Shown here: positions 24,101 to 37,408 of the stretch, piece by piece
Layout of the letters: every line of letters starts with the position of its first letter
How positions within the stretch are numbered: position 1 is the first letter of the stretch
Assembly: GCA_043228905.1 (NCBI GenBank)
Contig: JBHGNT010000005.1
Location: forward strand, 2,790,001-2,854,000
Direction: 5' to 3'
Length of the DNA stretch: 64,000 bases
DNA from: Azolla caroliniana
Taxonomy: Eukaryota; Plantae; Polypodiophyta
Position numbers and translations under genes: made by a program
Notes under the pieces: model-generated
Seen by the model: only the letters and a program-made list of their open reading frames with translations
The model's database searches: none
Told to the model about the DNA's origin: nothing

Positions 24101-26627
24101 TGTGTATGATCATGATCGTTTCTACTATTTACATTTTAACTTGTACGTAATAAGCCTTAAACAACTCAAACAAGTTGCATGGTGAACAAGAAATCAATGA
24201 TTTGAACTTGCCAATTACTACATTAATGAGTACAAGAGGGACACCAACAAACAAAAATGTTTTAGTCATACTTCAATACTAAGAAATTCGAGGATGTGTA
24301 CTTGTTTATGCCCTCGGACTTTGTGTATGTACACATATTTCAAATTGCGTGCTTCTTTGTGTGTATGCACAATATGTAACAACCCTCTTCTTATTAACCC
24401 TTAGGAAAGGCTAGAAGGTGAGTTTTAAAACCTCATTAAAATGTGACACAAAAGGTTATAGGTTTAATAGCAAAAGTTAAACCGCACATGGGCCAATGAC
24501 AATTCTGTTGACATATGTGAACTTGTTATGGACAGGAGAAGTCATTATTGACATATGAAAAGTTTACTGTCTCTTTTAAGCAGAGGGTTGAGGGAAACAT
24601 AAAGCTCAAGGTTGTTTCCTTGATTGGGCTTTCATAAATGATGCCTACATTTATGAACTCTATAAATCATTCTTTATTTACCCTTTTAATTTCTATTTCA
24701 CACCCAAATCCCTAATCGACAATGCACATTTGTAATTTGGCTAAGGTCATTTCAAGAATTCCTCTCATTTATTATGTGTGTATTTTGAATAACTCCTAGC
24801 AAGCTAGAATACAATGCATATGTATGCATGTAATTTGAAGTACACCTTTCGTACTACATATATTGAATAACATAAAGAAAGGGCTTTCAAAAACCCCTTA
24901 TCATTAGCTCTTTGTTGTGCTTAATACCTTAAAATGCATGAAGAAAAAACAATGTTTTATTTCAATTGTACTTCTAACAAGGGGAAGTGATGTCTTTGGA
25001 TTTTCAGATAGGTTTGGAACTAGAGAGTCACATGTGGTTGGGAATTCTTATGTGGATATGATGAATAAAGGTCATTTCATCAAAGATACAATTGTGATAT
25101 CAAAATTAAGAGAAGTGGGCACACAAATTACATCAGTTGATGGTTCAACAAGCACATCAAGGTATTTATTACCGTCCACCTATTTCTGCTTATAACGTGT
25201 CTTTGATAATAATTTTGAATGTCATTAGTATATTGTTTTATCCATGTTTCTTCCCTTGGAAACAATGTTGTGAGGTCTAGTAAATATATGTTTTGTTACT
25301 CCAAAGACACACTAAGGCATGCTAAGATAAATACGTACTTCATTTTACGTCTTTCTACATGTTGATGTTCAATCATCTCATGCTCAAAGACATAGATGGA
25401 GAGAAACTAGATTTGGTCCTTCCCATCGTGTTGTGTCAAATCCCATATACATTGTAATGAGAGTAATGGCACCAAAGGCACGAAGATATTTCTGCTAGAA
25501 CATATTAAGTTGACACAACAATGTGCATGAAGTTACCTATGCTTATATAATACTTCATCTACTTAATGACCTTGATTATATAAAAGTTTGTTGATGTTAG
25601 TGATATTTCTTCCATGAACTAATTCCATAATCAAGCACACTAAGATAATAGATAGACACATGAGTTCAAATGATAAGAGGAAAACCTTTTATTTATTCTC
25701 TTTCTAGTGTACTTATACATGTGCCTCTTATGGGGTTGGTGCATGCATGCGTAAGACTTATACATGTGTGTGAGAGGGATTAAATCGAAGTTGATAATGA
25801 TGCACAGGTACCCATCAAAAAATGGAAGCCCAATCATGTCCCCAGCGAGGCATAACACACCTGCACGAATACGATCCATGCGGCTAAGTAACAATAGTGA
25901 CAACAATGCTTTACATCAACAAATGCATGAATATAGACTAGATGTAGAGGAAGTGGTGTATTGCCATCGAGCTAAGTTGGAGTTGCAAGAGTTGTCAGAG
26001 GGTGAGCACATAGGGCAAAGCTTCCATTGGACCTCTCGTGAAGCCGAGGAGGCCGATCTAAGCACCAGCTTACGCCATTATGACAATCACCATAATGACA
26101 TTGACTATATTTCAATCCATCCCAAGCTTGCTAAGTATCTCTCTCTCTCTCTCTCTCTCTCACTTGCACAATAATTTATCCACATCACATGTATGTATGT
26201 CATTACTAAACATTATTTATAATGCATTATGTTCTTGTAGATTGCGACAAAAAGAAGAGAAAATAGAGGCATGGGAGAAACATACCAAGGAAAAGGCTAA
26301 TGCTCAATTGAAGAAGCTTGAGGTAAGTAACAATAGCTAAATAGAACATCTTCAAATAATACCAAACGTATAATAAATGCATAATTTTGATTGTTTCTCA
26401 TGTGATAAATTTGTTATGTCTAGGAACAACTAGAGAAAAAAAGGGTTGAAACCACCAATAAGATACTAGAAAAACTCGCTATAACTCGAAGAAAAGCAGA
26501 AGAAAAGCGTGCTAGTATACTTACCCAACAAAAGAAAGTCTTTGTGAAGCCTCAAAGGCATCGGAGAAGCCCTTCCCCTTCCCAAACAATTAAAGGTTTA
26601 TGCTTTAATTTCATTGCAGAACCATAA
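21122..26627 (+). CDS. Remorin family protein with a long disordered N-terminus (group 6-like)
   Basis: In-frame exons 21122-21224 (tentative), about 22253-23260, 25008-25161, 25808-26134, 26241-26322 and 26424-26627. Motifs: SKWEDADKWI, REVGTQIT, SPARHNTPA and the Remorin_C coiled coil EEKIEAWEKHTKEKANAQLKKLEEQLEKKR...RRKAEEKRA. The start could alternatively be the ATG at 22237. Confidence 0.85.
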
Positions 26628-27974
26628 AATTGCCCTCTCACTACAAATATTGATGCACCATATTCATTTTTTTTGTATCACAAAACATGTGCTTTGTACA
26701 ATGTCATCGACCTATTGTATAACACCTCTAAAATAAGGTTCATGTGCTAACAATTTAACTATTTTTTTTGTATTCGTTCTTTGACGACGATGAAGAATTA
26801 TATAATTTAGCTACTGATTGATGTGACATTAGTAAAAAGATGCCCCACATTTGCTAAAACGTTGTGGAATTTTTTAATTTGCCACTTGGTAATATTTATA
26901 CAAGATATCTCTCTATATAATTTCTTCAAATACACATGGATCAAAAAGGAAATGATCGATTATTAAGAAAAAATTACCAATCACCAAGTTGGCTTGCCCA
27001 TTAAGGGCCATGTAAAGGTAGGTCAAGTGAATATCTAACTAGATCTACTCAATAAGTTTTTGTTGATTATTTTGGAAGGCCTTCTTTTAATCTTTCAAAC
27101 ACATACCAACACTCATTAGTTGATTTTCAGTTGTTGGTTTGAAACTAGTTGTCCCAATTCCCACCATCTAGAATTCACACTATCCCCTACCATTTGGTGC
27201 ATGATCAATGTTGAGGTAGTATCATATATCCACTTCCCCACATTCTCTATTTGCATTACATTATTAATATAGGTACATGATGTACTTGAGCATTTGAGAG
27301 TGAGTTGGTTTCAATAAGGCAAACATTGTTTGTCCAAACTTCATCACCATGCTAGTCATGTGTCTCATGAACTCAATAATCATGGTACTAAGTTTCAATA
27401 CATTAACCTGAGCTAAACACACAATATGAAATTTGAAAGACAGAAGTTTCCTAAATGTTCTAGCTCGTTTTGTCATAACTATTTGGCAAGTTTTAGGAAC
27501 CATAAAGGTTAATTCACTCTTGATCCAAAAGAATATAATATGGGTTTATATTTATGATATAATGTGACTCAAAAAACATAATTAAATTACATGAGTTAAC
27601 TCGATAGAATGGTGAATTCTATTACCAAGCAAGTACATCACATTGCACACCTCGTACCATCATTGACTTACTTTAATGATATATTATCACATTTATTTCT
27701 TGAGAACACTAAGCCTTGTACTTGTGAAGTTCATGAAGGCCATCTCCGACATCAAGTAGATGTTACTACATATACATATACATACACATTATACCAATAA
27801 AAACCATCATGATGGAGGAAAAATGGAATGGGAAAGGTTAATACATTGATATCAATTATTGGGAGTGCAGCAAATATCTCTAGTAGGTATTGTAAATCTT
27901 GTCAAATAAATTATACACATAGCCATTGCTTTTTAGGAGGATGGTTGCATGGCTTTGTTATAAGTGGTGCCATG

Positions 27975-28308
27975 GAGTCACATTGTAGATTGTTTAAAAT
28001 AAGATAGCGGGGGCCCTAGATGGCATTACCATTTTTCAAGAACAGGGTTTGATATATTAGGAAAGTTTCTCCATCAACACCTTGCTCGTTGTATCTATGT
28101 TGAAGAGTTGATCACTCAATCATGTGTTTATAGGCTTTTATAAGGCAATGCCATTGAGCCACATCGTAGGGTTTTAAAAATAAGATAGAGGGGGCTCTTG
28201 ATGCCATTACCAATTTTCAAGAACAATATGTGATAATATTAGGGAAGTTTCTCCATTAAAACCTGGTTCATATCTACGTTGAGGGTTTATCACTCAACGT
28301 GTTTGTAT
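27975..28308. repeat. Diverged tandem duplication of about 180 bp, intergenic
   Basis: gagtcacattgtag...aaataagatag.gggg...attaccat.tttcaagaaca...atcactcaa is repeated at about 27975 and 28157. Confidence 0.75.
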
Positions 28309-30312
28309 CTTTTTGTTGTTGATGAAGGTTGATTCACTGTGAAGCCATGGTAGATTGTAGTGATTGACTTGCCTCTCAACCATATGCTAAATTTGTTGAG
28401 CCAAGCACAATGGGCAATTGCTTAGCTTGAAAGAATGGACCACCAAAGTGGGATGTTAGGAGCTTGTTAATATGAGGTTGCACTAAATCCCATAAGCTAG
28501 ACATCCCTACATCTTATTTGGTGTTTTGGTCACAACCATAGAACCAAGAAAAGGACATGCAACGACCTGTAAAGTCCCTCTCTCTATACTCATGTCTTTA
28601 TCAAATAGTCAAAGACTCATGAGATCAATGTGTACATGAACTCTTGAAATTACATAGAAATTGCTTTCGAGAAACTACATATAACAATTTCCTTGTTCAC
28701 TATGAGAAATTGCTCTCTAAAATTTTGTGTTGTCCTCTTCTTTTTGTACACTACAATTTAGCTCGTGCTATTCAATATATCTATACTTTGAAGGATGTTT
28801 TGCGTCCCTCCACTAACGATCTCCAATGGAATAGAGAAGTCTATTTTATGTTATTGTGTCAATATACAATCCATTACTTGTATCACCTCACGTGTATCCA
28901 TTTGGAACAAAAACGACACTTAATCATCACTGCACTTGTCAACAGGAAGTCTTTTTACTATTTTGTTATTATGTTTTAGTATTTTAGCAGTAAATAAAAA
29001 TATCTTTAAATACCACGAGTCATGACAATCTACTGGACTTTTACAACCAAATACGCTCAATTAGGAGATTGTTTTCCCGTTATTCCATGCAAGTGTCAAA
29101 TCATATACAAGATTTCACTATCAAGTGACTTTCCCCATGCTCGTTATTACATTTGAAAATATTCAAAACATTGACCTAGTTCATTTGATTGTGCACTTGA
29201 TGCTCAGTTACAAAAAGAACAACGTCAAAGTTGTGAATTGTGATACTCAACAAAACAAAAACCGTGCAAAGTTCAAATTGTATACACTTCATGAAAAAGA
29301 TCCCATCATTCACTAACATAATGATTGAAATTTACACGGTGCCATTAGGAAATATTAGTAAAGAGAACAATATCATATAGATACACCTCAACAATCATTA
29401 CAACCTTCATCGTGGTCCATTGTTTTTCTTCCTGATTTCTACCACTGTTGCTAGTTCATATAGGATCATTTCTCATCACCTTGAATAAGTATCAATGGCT
29501 CTTTTGTATTCAAGCATTAATTATAAATCCGACAAAGTTATACATTTCTCTATATAAAAACTTTGAATTTGTGTTCTCTCATTGGTAAAATATTTTATCT
29601 TGAACCTTGTTAAATGTTCATAATCAACATTTCCCCATATATAAAAATATTTTAACATTCCTTCTTAACATAGAGTCGTAGCTTTCAAGCCCTAGCTTCA
29701 TTTATTTGTTGTATTCTCATAGCTCTCTTGCACATATTCATGAATGATGGCTTGGAAGCGAGTACATTGCATGGGAACGAATGTGATTAGGGATAGGCTT
29801 TGCCTTTTGCATGGGAACAAATGGGATAGGTTTAGGCTTTGCGTTTTGGATGGGGAGTTTTTGCGGTTGGGCATATAATGTAATTGTACCAAATAACACG
29901 ATGAAACCCATGCATTCCAAAGTCTTTAGACAAATTTTATTTATTTCTCTACATAAACCTAGATTTTTGTGAAAGTTTATGTACATGAAAACTGTCCATC
30001 TTAAAAAATATTGGCTACAGCTAGGGAATGGCTGCCATTAGAGCTTGAATTTGCTTTATGGATGAGAAGCATCTTTTTGATTGGACGTATAATGTACTTT
30101 ACCAACAAAAAATGTGAAAATTTGCATTCCAAAAGTTTTTGATAAATGTTTTTATAGGTCACTTTGTTTCAAACTAGAGCTTCATGAAACTTTATATGCA
30201 TAAAAAACAAGACCATGTTAAAAAAACTAGAAAAAAGGCCGTCACAGGCAAATAATTTGATTCATTGAATAAGTTTACATTGAGCCTTGGCTACTGAATG
30301 GAAGGCAGAAAC

Positions 30313-30857
30313 CATACGTACCATACATGCACTCGCATTCGAGAATGTTTCAATCATTCGAGTATGGTAAACACCCAAGAAGTATGGTAAATACCATACT
30401 TTTGTATTCATTATTTATTATAAGGTAAGAAAGTTAAGGTAAAAAGTGATTAAAAAAAAGGGAAAAGTACCAGGATACCCCTGGAAGTTCGTCTATTTAC
30501 CAGAATGCCCCTGGAAGTTCCAAATTGACCAAACTACCCCTATGTCCAAAAAATTACACTTTATAAAGTAATTATACACTCAAATCTTTGGTAAATAGGG
30601 CTAGTTTGGGTCCATTTCTTCCATCTTTGGTAAATAGGGCTTGTAGATTTGAGTGTATAATTACTTTATAAAGTGTAATTTTTTGGACATAGGGGTAGTT
30701 TGGTCAATTTGGAACTTCCAGAATAGATGAACTTCCAAGGGTATCCTGGTACTTTTCCCTATAAAAAATATACGAACGTTTTGATAACATACGCATTTGT
30801 TTTCAACCGTATGAAAAAGAATGTTTTCCAATACATTCAAGTATATTACATACTATG
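30313..30857. mobile_element. hAT-type MITE, family copy 2 (host of a nested element)
   Basis: Homologous to 15551-15814 and ends in TACTATG. The flanks GCAGAAAC and GCAAAAAC form an 8-bp TSD with one mismatch. Confidence 0.78.
30460..30759. mobile_element. Mutator-like foldback MITE
   Basis: Long near-perfect TIRs of more than 100 bp: GGGAAAAGTACCAGGATACCC ... GGGTATCCTGGTACTTTTCCC. The 9-bp AT-rich flanks TAAAAAAAA and TATAAAAAA are consistent with a TSD. Confidence 0.9.
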
Positions 30858-33764
30858 GCAAAAACTATAGGAATTTTTAGACTTTGGTTGGATAAGTAGG
30901 AGTTATTTAACATAATCAGATCAATATGTGCTAAAGTAGAATATGAATGTATTGCCTTCCTACAAATTATTTACTGCTATATAGTGATTTGAATTTTTTT
31001 TAATAATTGTTGTTGTAAAGCTTGTATTTTGCACATAAATCTTGCAGCTAGTCCCAAACAATGAGTTTGATGCAACAACCATTCTATAAATATAGTATAA
31101 CTATAAGATGAAATCATGCATTAAAAAAGTTTTTATAGTTTAAGACCATGGAGTAAAATGAACTCTTCATCATGTTGGTTGGAGATAATGCACCATAACA
31201 ACTCTTCATCTTGTTGGTTGGCATCGGAACATTGATATTGATATATTTTCAATTATATGTATAAAACAATGTGAAGGAAGCCTTCTTAATAAAGGATACA
31301 TTTGAACGAGATATAGTGAAATATAAAAATGCAAAGCATATGCGACTCTAATGAATCGAAGGATAATAACATTGAAATCCACTAAAAGCAATGGCCTTTG
31401 TTATTTACAAAAGCAACATGAATATCTACAATAAATTTACATAGAGAAATCGATTCGGAAAGAAAATATGGAAAACTTTCCATCTATATATATATCATGT
31501 GATAAACATTGTCAAGAGAGGAGGCTAACATATTAGAACTATATTCCTAGTTTTTGGCTTTACAAACTACCAACAAGGACCATATGCTAGAGAACGATTT
31601 ATTACCTCTAAGTGGCAACACTAACAAGTCATTATATGCAAAGTACAACATGCATTGCCAATTGTTTCAAAAGTAGTGATGATTTAACCTTCATAAACCT
31701 AGAGGAATTAGTTGTGAATAAAATATAGGCTTTACAATACCAACTCAGCCTCTCAAATAGTGGTTTGTCTTATCACATGATTGGGAAGAACACTCCAATT
31801 TCTCTTTTATCTCAACCAACGGATGGTACATTTCGTTAAGCAACACGAAAATGACGTAAACTTTAGGGTCTTATATCACGATACTTTGATAAGAGATACA
31901 AAACATATTTGGTCAATCATATTCTTCTAGTCTATAGATGTATACCTTTATTCATATTATTTAATATTGGGAGGCTTTTGTCTATCATAACTTTGCATTT
32001 TTATAACCAGCAAAACAATCTAGTCTTGTTTTTTTATATTCCATAGATTCCTTTTGTCTTTCTAGTCCCCCCTAGCATATTTGATTTTACCTATAATGGG
32101 TTCCCATAAAAGTTGAGAAATTAGATAAAGTCATATAATGCGTTTCCAAGCCACCAAATAACTAGTGAGCATGTGTCCTCTAGTAAATATGCTTTTAGGC
32201 ATGTTGCACCCTACAATTTAGACCCCAATCTCATTCTACTCCTTTATGGAAAGACAAGCATATGAGATGCTCTTTTTTCCCAAGCAAGGGATCCGTGCAG
32301 CCTCGTAAATGAAGTGGAGATAGATAGCATATTAAAGCTATTAATAATTCCTCTTACTCTTAGTGAACCTCTTATTAGTAGGGGTTTTATTGAATAAAAT
32401 CTATCCATAACTCTATATCAATTTGGCTGTTTTTGTTTCATAAGTACGAATTTCTTATATTATCATGTTTGGACATACACACAAAATGTCTTATGTATTT
32501 CAATGGGATTTGTTAAAAGGTGAAGCCAACATTTTTTCTAAAGACATTGAAAGATGAAAAAGTATTGTGAACTCGTTGTTGGTCGTCAAATAGATTTGGT
32601 AGATGTGGTGGAAAAAATGTTAAGAATTAAGATAAAATTCTATTGAGGATTCATTATATGCATCACATAAATGACTAAAAGTACATTTGTAGAAGATCAA
32701 AACACACTATGTTGCGATCCACAATGGTACTAACATACATCAACACCCTCTGAGTGCACATCAAAAAGCATGAACCAACTACGAAGGTTGATTGTGTAGC
32801 TAAGGTCAAGCCATGTGATTATCATGCAGATCAAATTGCTGACAATACTCCTATAATGTGATGGTTTGTGAATCATAGAGATCGAGTCCATATGAAAGTT
32901 TAGGTTTTTAGTCAAGCAAGGTTGTGTTCAGCTTGCTTGTAGAGTAAATCTAATCTGAGATGTAATTGCATGGGGAAAATAAAATCTCATGTAATTTCAC
33001 CTCGAATTCATTAAGGAAAAATCCTTCACTTTCTTAATGTATACAAAGTGTTCTCTTCCAATCACTAGGTTGTCGACACACAAGAGAATAAGCAACATGA
33101 GTTTTTAGAGTACACTTGTGTGTAGAGTAAAGTGCCTAACTTGGACATCAAAAGCCAATGGTTTTTAGGTACTACATGAGCTTCAAGTGCCACAAGTTTG
33201 GTGCTTGGTTATATATAGCTTTATGAATTGACATATTGTGCAAGCATGGAATTCTGAATTGAATCCCAATGGTTTGCATATGTAGACCTCCGGTCCCTTT
33301 CAAAAACAACATACGTCACATCCATTTCATGGAGGTGCCACACCTTTGCATCCACTAGCACTAACGTGGTTCACATGGTCATCAATTTGCAATGGGGGCA
33401 AAGTGGTGAATGTTGTGAATTTATGATGTAAATAGGATAAACTAGAGGGAAGTCCAAATGGCCAACCTAGTGTGCACCCTCAAAGTAGAAGTATGAATAC
33501 GAGACATTTGAAATTTGAAGGGTTGTATGTTGCTTTATAGACTTCAAGAATGCTTTTGATGAGGTGCCTTTTGTACATGTTTGAAGATGTATGGAAGACC
33601 CATTACTACTTGAATTTATGCATACAATTTATAACATATACACATCTATGAGAATTTGATATGTCTTACATGTGTAAGAGCTTAATTTTCAAATAGTTTC
33701 ACTAGCATTACTGGTGTTTTTTTTCCTTCCAAAATGAAGCTACTTTCCCATTAGTCAGGTAAGA

Positions 33765-35050
33765 TTATTACAAAGAGACTGTACAAGGAGGCTTAAGCAT
33801 AGATCGGGGAATCCCCCTCTGATCAAGTCCTAGAAATTGAGACTAGTTACATCGCCTTTCGGACGGACTACTTAGTGTAAGTACCTACAGCTAAAACAGT
33901 GCCATGTAGTGATGGCTAGCATGAGACAACTCTTGGGGTCGACAACAGAGGGAGGGTGGTAAGTGAGCCGGAAACAACCAGCGTGGGGGCTGGTAGTTCC
34001 ACCTTGGGCCACTTCCTCCTTGTGTCACCATAGGCGTGTTCCACCATTTCTACCAAATGCGCAAACAGGCAGTATCCACGTCAGAGGAATGGCTGCAAAC
34101 CTCGTCCAATTGCCCTCGTAGGCAGCTAATAAGCGCAAACCATATGTCCATAATCACTTCCTTCGGGGGTCGCACCAGATCCTGGAAGACCTTTAGGCAG
34201 TCGCTTTCCATACGTACCACAGGGTGAAGCCTGCGATCAGCATCCAAATGTCCAGGAACCTAGGGGATGCGGACTGCAAGCCTCTCTCAAATCGAATCTT
34301 AGAGATTTTTCCTCGCATGCATACATAGCACCGGCTATCCGCATTGAAGGCGTTCGTCCACCTATCACCAGAATGATCTTGAGCCATGCCGCAACACTCC
34401 ACGATGTTGATCTTTCCACTTCACATGCCACAAGGAGGCGAGTCACTCTATCCCATACCTTTTGAGTGTGAGGGCAATCCCACAGACAATGCCTCAGAGT
34501 CTCAATAGGTGAATGGCAAAGTGGACAGCCTAACGGGCTGCCACGTTTACCTAGCCATTCGCCAACGGGAACCACATTATGCCCGATTTGCCACCAAAAA
34601 AACTTTATCTTTTCCGGCAAGTGGAGACGCCAGAGACCCTTCCAAAAGGTAATGAGCACCTCATCAGGGATGCCCAATGTACGCCAGCCATTGCGTAAGG
34701 GACCGTCTAGCTACAGTTGAAAAGCCCGACCCAGTTTAGTGTTGTACTCGAAGAAATGGCGAAATCTGCCATCATGTTTCCACCTGAAATCCCCTGGGTC
34801 TCATTCTAGTTCGACAAGGGGACGACAACCATATACCCATAACTTCCAATGGGGTTCCACCTTAGCAACATCCGGGTCTGTCTTCCAGATGTTACCAACT
34901 TGCGCCACCATGTGGATAGGGTTCCAAGAGCCCCTACTCTGACTCTCCCCAAAAATCTTATCTTTTCCCGATCCGCTCACGCCCTTCAGCACCTTAACCC
35001 TTCCAGCCTCATCAAAGAGACCGAACCAAGCATCTTCACTCTCATTTACT
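33765..35050 (-). mobile_element. 5'-truncated L1-like LINE (ORF2 C-terminus with zf-RVT), frameshifted
   Basis: FWKGLWRLHLPEKIKFFWWQIGH...CPLCHSPIETLRHCLWDCPHTQKVW is a zf-RVT domain, followed by LWYVWKA. The segment is a GC-richer island broken over several frames. Confidence 0.85.
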
Positions 35051-37408
35051 CTCATTTACTCTCTAAGGGTTCATGCAACACCAATACGTTTATGTATAGG
35101 GTAATAACATCTCTAAGTCCACTTCAAAAGAGTTGGAAATATGTTTGAAAGCACATTTTTACGAAGTTTCATCAGTAATGATAGAAATACCATAAATGAT
35201 TCTATTTCTTAAAAGAAAATAGATTGTGGGCATAGAGAGGCTTGTGGGCTATGTTGAAGACAAAAAAAAAATCTCGTATTAACTTCCTAAAATGCACGAG
35301 AAAGTAGAGGTTTTAAATGGGCAACATATCTTGTTGTGGCAACATATCATGACTTGGGCGAGATACATGGGCTCATGCTTCATACATTGGATTACATTCA
35401 ATGCACTAATTACAAACTACATCATCAAGCTAACTAGTTGCACGCACACTCATACATGTTAAGAACCCATCCATGTGTCAACAATCAAACCTTGTTTTTG
35501 TATGATAGCTTGCATTCTCTTTAATGTGAGAAGAGACATTAGGTCATTAACAAACTGACTTGTAAACTATTCATATATTTTACAAAACAAGCTCACAAGT
35601 GAAAGTATCACACTTAAACTCTAACATGTTAGATTTTATCACATTCAACGTTGCTTTTCCTGCATTTTTCAATTTTGACCTTTCCTTACATTTCCCTCAA
35701 GTACAATGTGTACTCTTAATTGCAACATTTGCATTTGTTAGAAAAAATCTAGAACTTGGACAAGTCTATTTGTTAAAATCTTTCACATTAGTTTCATAGG
35801 TTACATTTAACCTGTAAGAACAACAATAAAATGTCTCTCACTATAAGAGAGGTTGACCAAAATTAGAAAGAATTAAAACATTGTTTATTTCCCAATTTTG
35901 ACTTAAACCCCAATGCAATTGTCCAAATCCACTTCCATACTACAAATGTTTAGGTTAGAGATGTCAATGAAATCAAATAAAGTTCTGTAATATTTGATTA
36001 TGTATCAACCAAGGGCAAAACGTTCAGCACACAGTCCTATGCTACACAAGGCAATGGGTCCTCATCAATCCACCTACTTGAATGCAAGATATTCCAAAGC
36101 TTCAGTAGTTCATGTTGACGCAATTCTTGGTGCATAATGGGCTGACATACAACAGATCAATATGCTAGAATTTTTTTATAACTTCCTAGGACCACTTGTA
36201 ACAGACTATCGCATATCCAGCTATATATGATCAAATATTTGTAAGCCAAAGACTCATTTTTTATTATTAAGCCTACACTTTGTTTGCTCAAGGATATATT
36301 CAATTTATTTACTATCACATCATAACAAAGCAATCTCACTGATTTTGCTGGCACATTTCTTGACTATAATAATCCTATACCTAAACCCAAAATCCTACTC
36401 CTGGCGCTTGAATCTCTAGCAAGGCCACCTAAAACATGTGATTGTGATATTCTTAGGCTGACCATTTACAAGTTAAGTTAAAGATTTCTTTAACAGAGTT
36501 GCTTTACATCATGGCCCAAGCCATCTTCGAAGGAACGGCATGATAACGATCGTATCATGTCTCTGTTCAATTCAAAATCATGGAAAGGTCTTTCAAAATC
36601 TCTGTTAGTGTATATCTGTCCAATTCAACATTGAGGCATGAGGGTCTCTGCAAAGACACTCCAACTTACCTGTAGTGGGTGTCTATTTGGTTCAACAGAC
36701 ATGGGTATAAAATTGGCAACTTTAGGGCATTAACAAAAAACTTACATAAATTGAGAGGAAATTTTTATTCACTCAATTATATCACATAATAGGCAGAAGC
36801 ACACAACAGACCACGGTGCACAGAAGCATAAAATAGACAAAGCTCATGAAATCAAAACTGAATCCTTTTTATTTGAATAAAAATCAATTTAGCATCAAGA
36901 AAACATACATGGAGTAGGGTAAAGAAGCTATTCGTGTACATTCTTCTAGATTTCAAGTTTCAATGCCTACAAAAAATGAACACAAGTAACTTTTGAATCT
37001 TATTGACCCAACCTCAACATTTGGTAAAACTACAACATGTGTGAGGATAAGAAACATCCTCTGTACAAACAGTGTCTGACTTGTAAACACCAGCAGAATA
37101 AATACAAAAACTGACATAGTATGTGGTAGACTGAAATGAGCATTCTAGACAGGAGGAATAAATGCTTATAGAGGGAAATTTGTATAAATGATATCTATAC
37201 CTCAAATGCTGTTTATTTAAGCATCGTACATTCTGGTACAAGTTCTGGAATTTTTTATGAATTTCTGTGCTACAAGAAGCTCTGTACTCGAGTTCTCACA
37301 GCTCCTGTACACTCACCAAAGAAATAATTTTTACTACACCTCTGGAAAATAAACCTACGTAATAGCACTGTAATTCAGATCAATGCAGTGGGGAAACCAT
37401 TGGAAAGG

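Noticed and set aside
26135-26240. Possible U12-type intron in the remorin gene (donor GTATCTCT)
   Set aside because: The donor deviates from GTATCCTT and no TCCTTAAC-like branch site is present. It is treated as an ordinary U2 intron.
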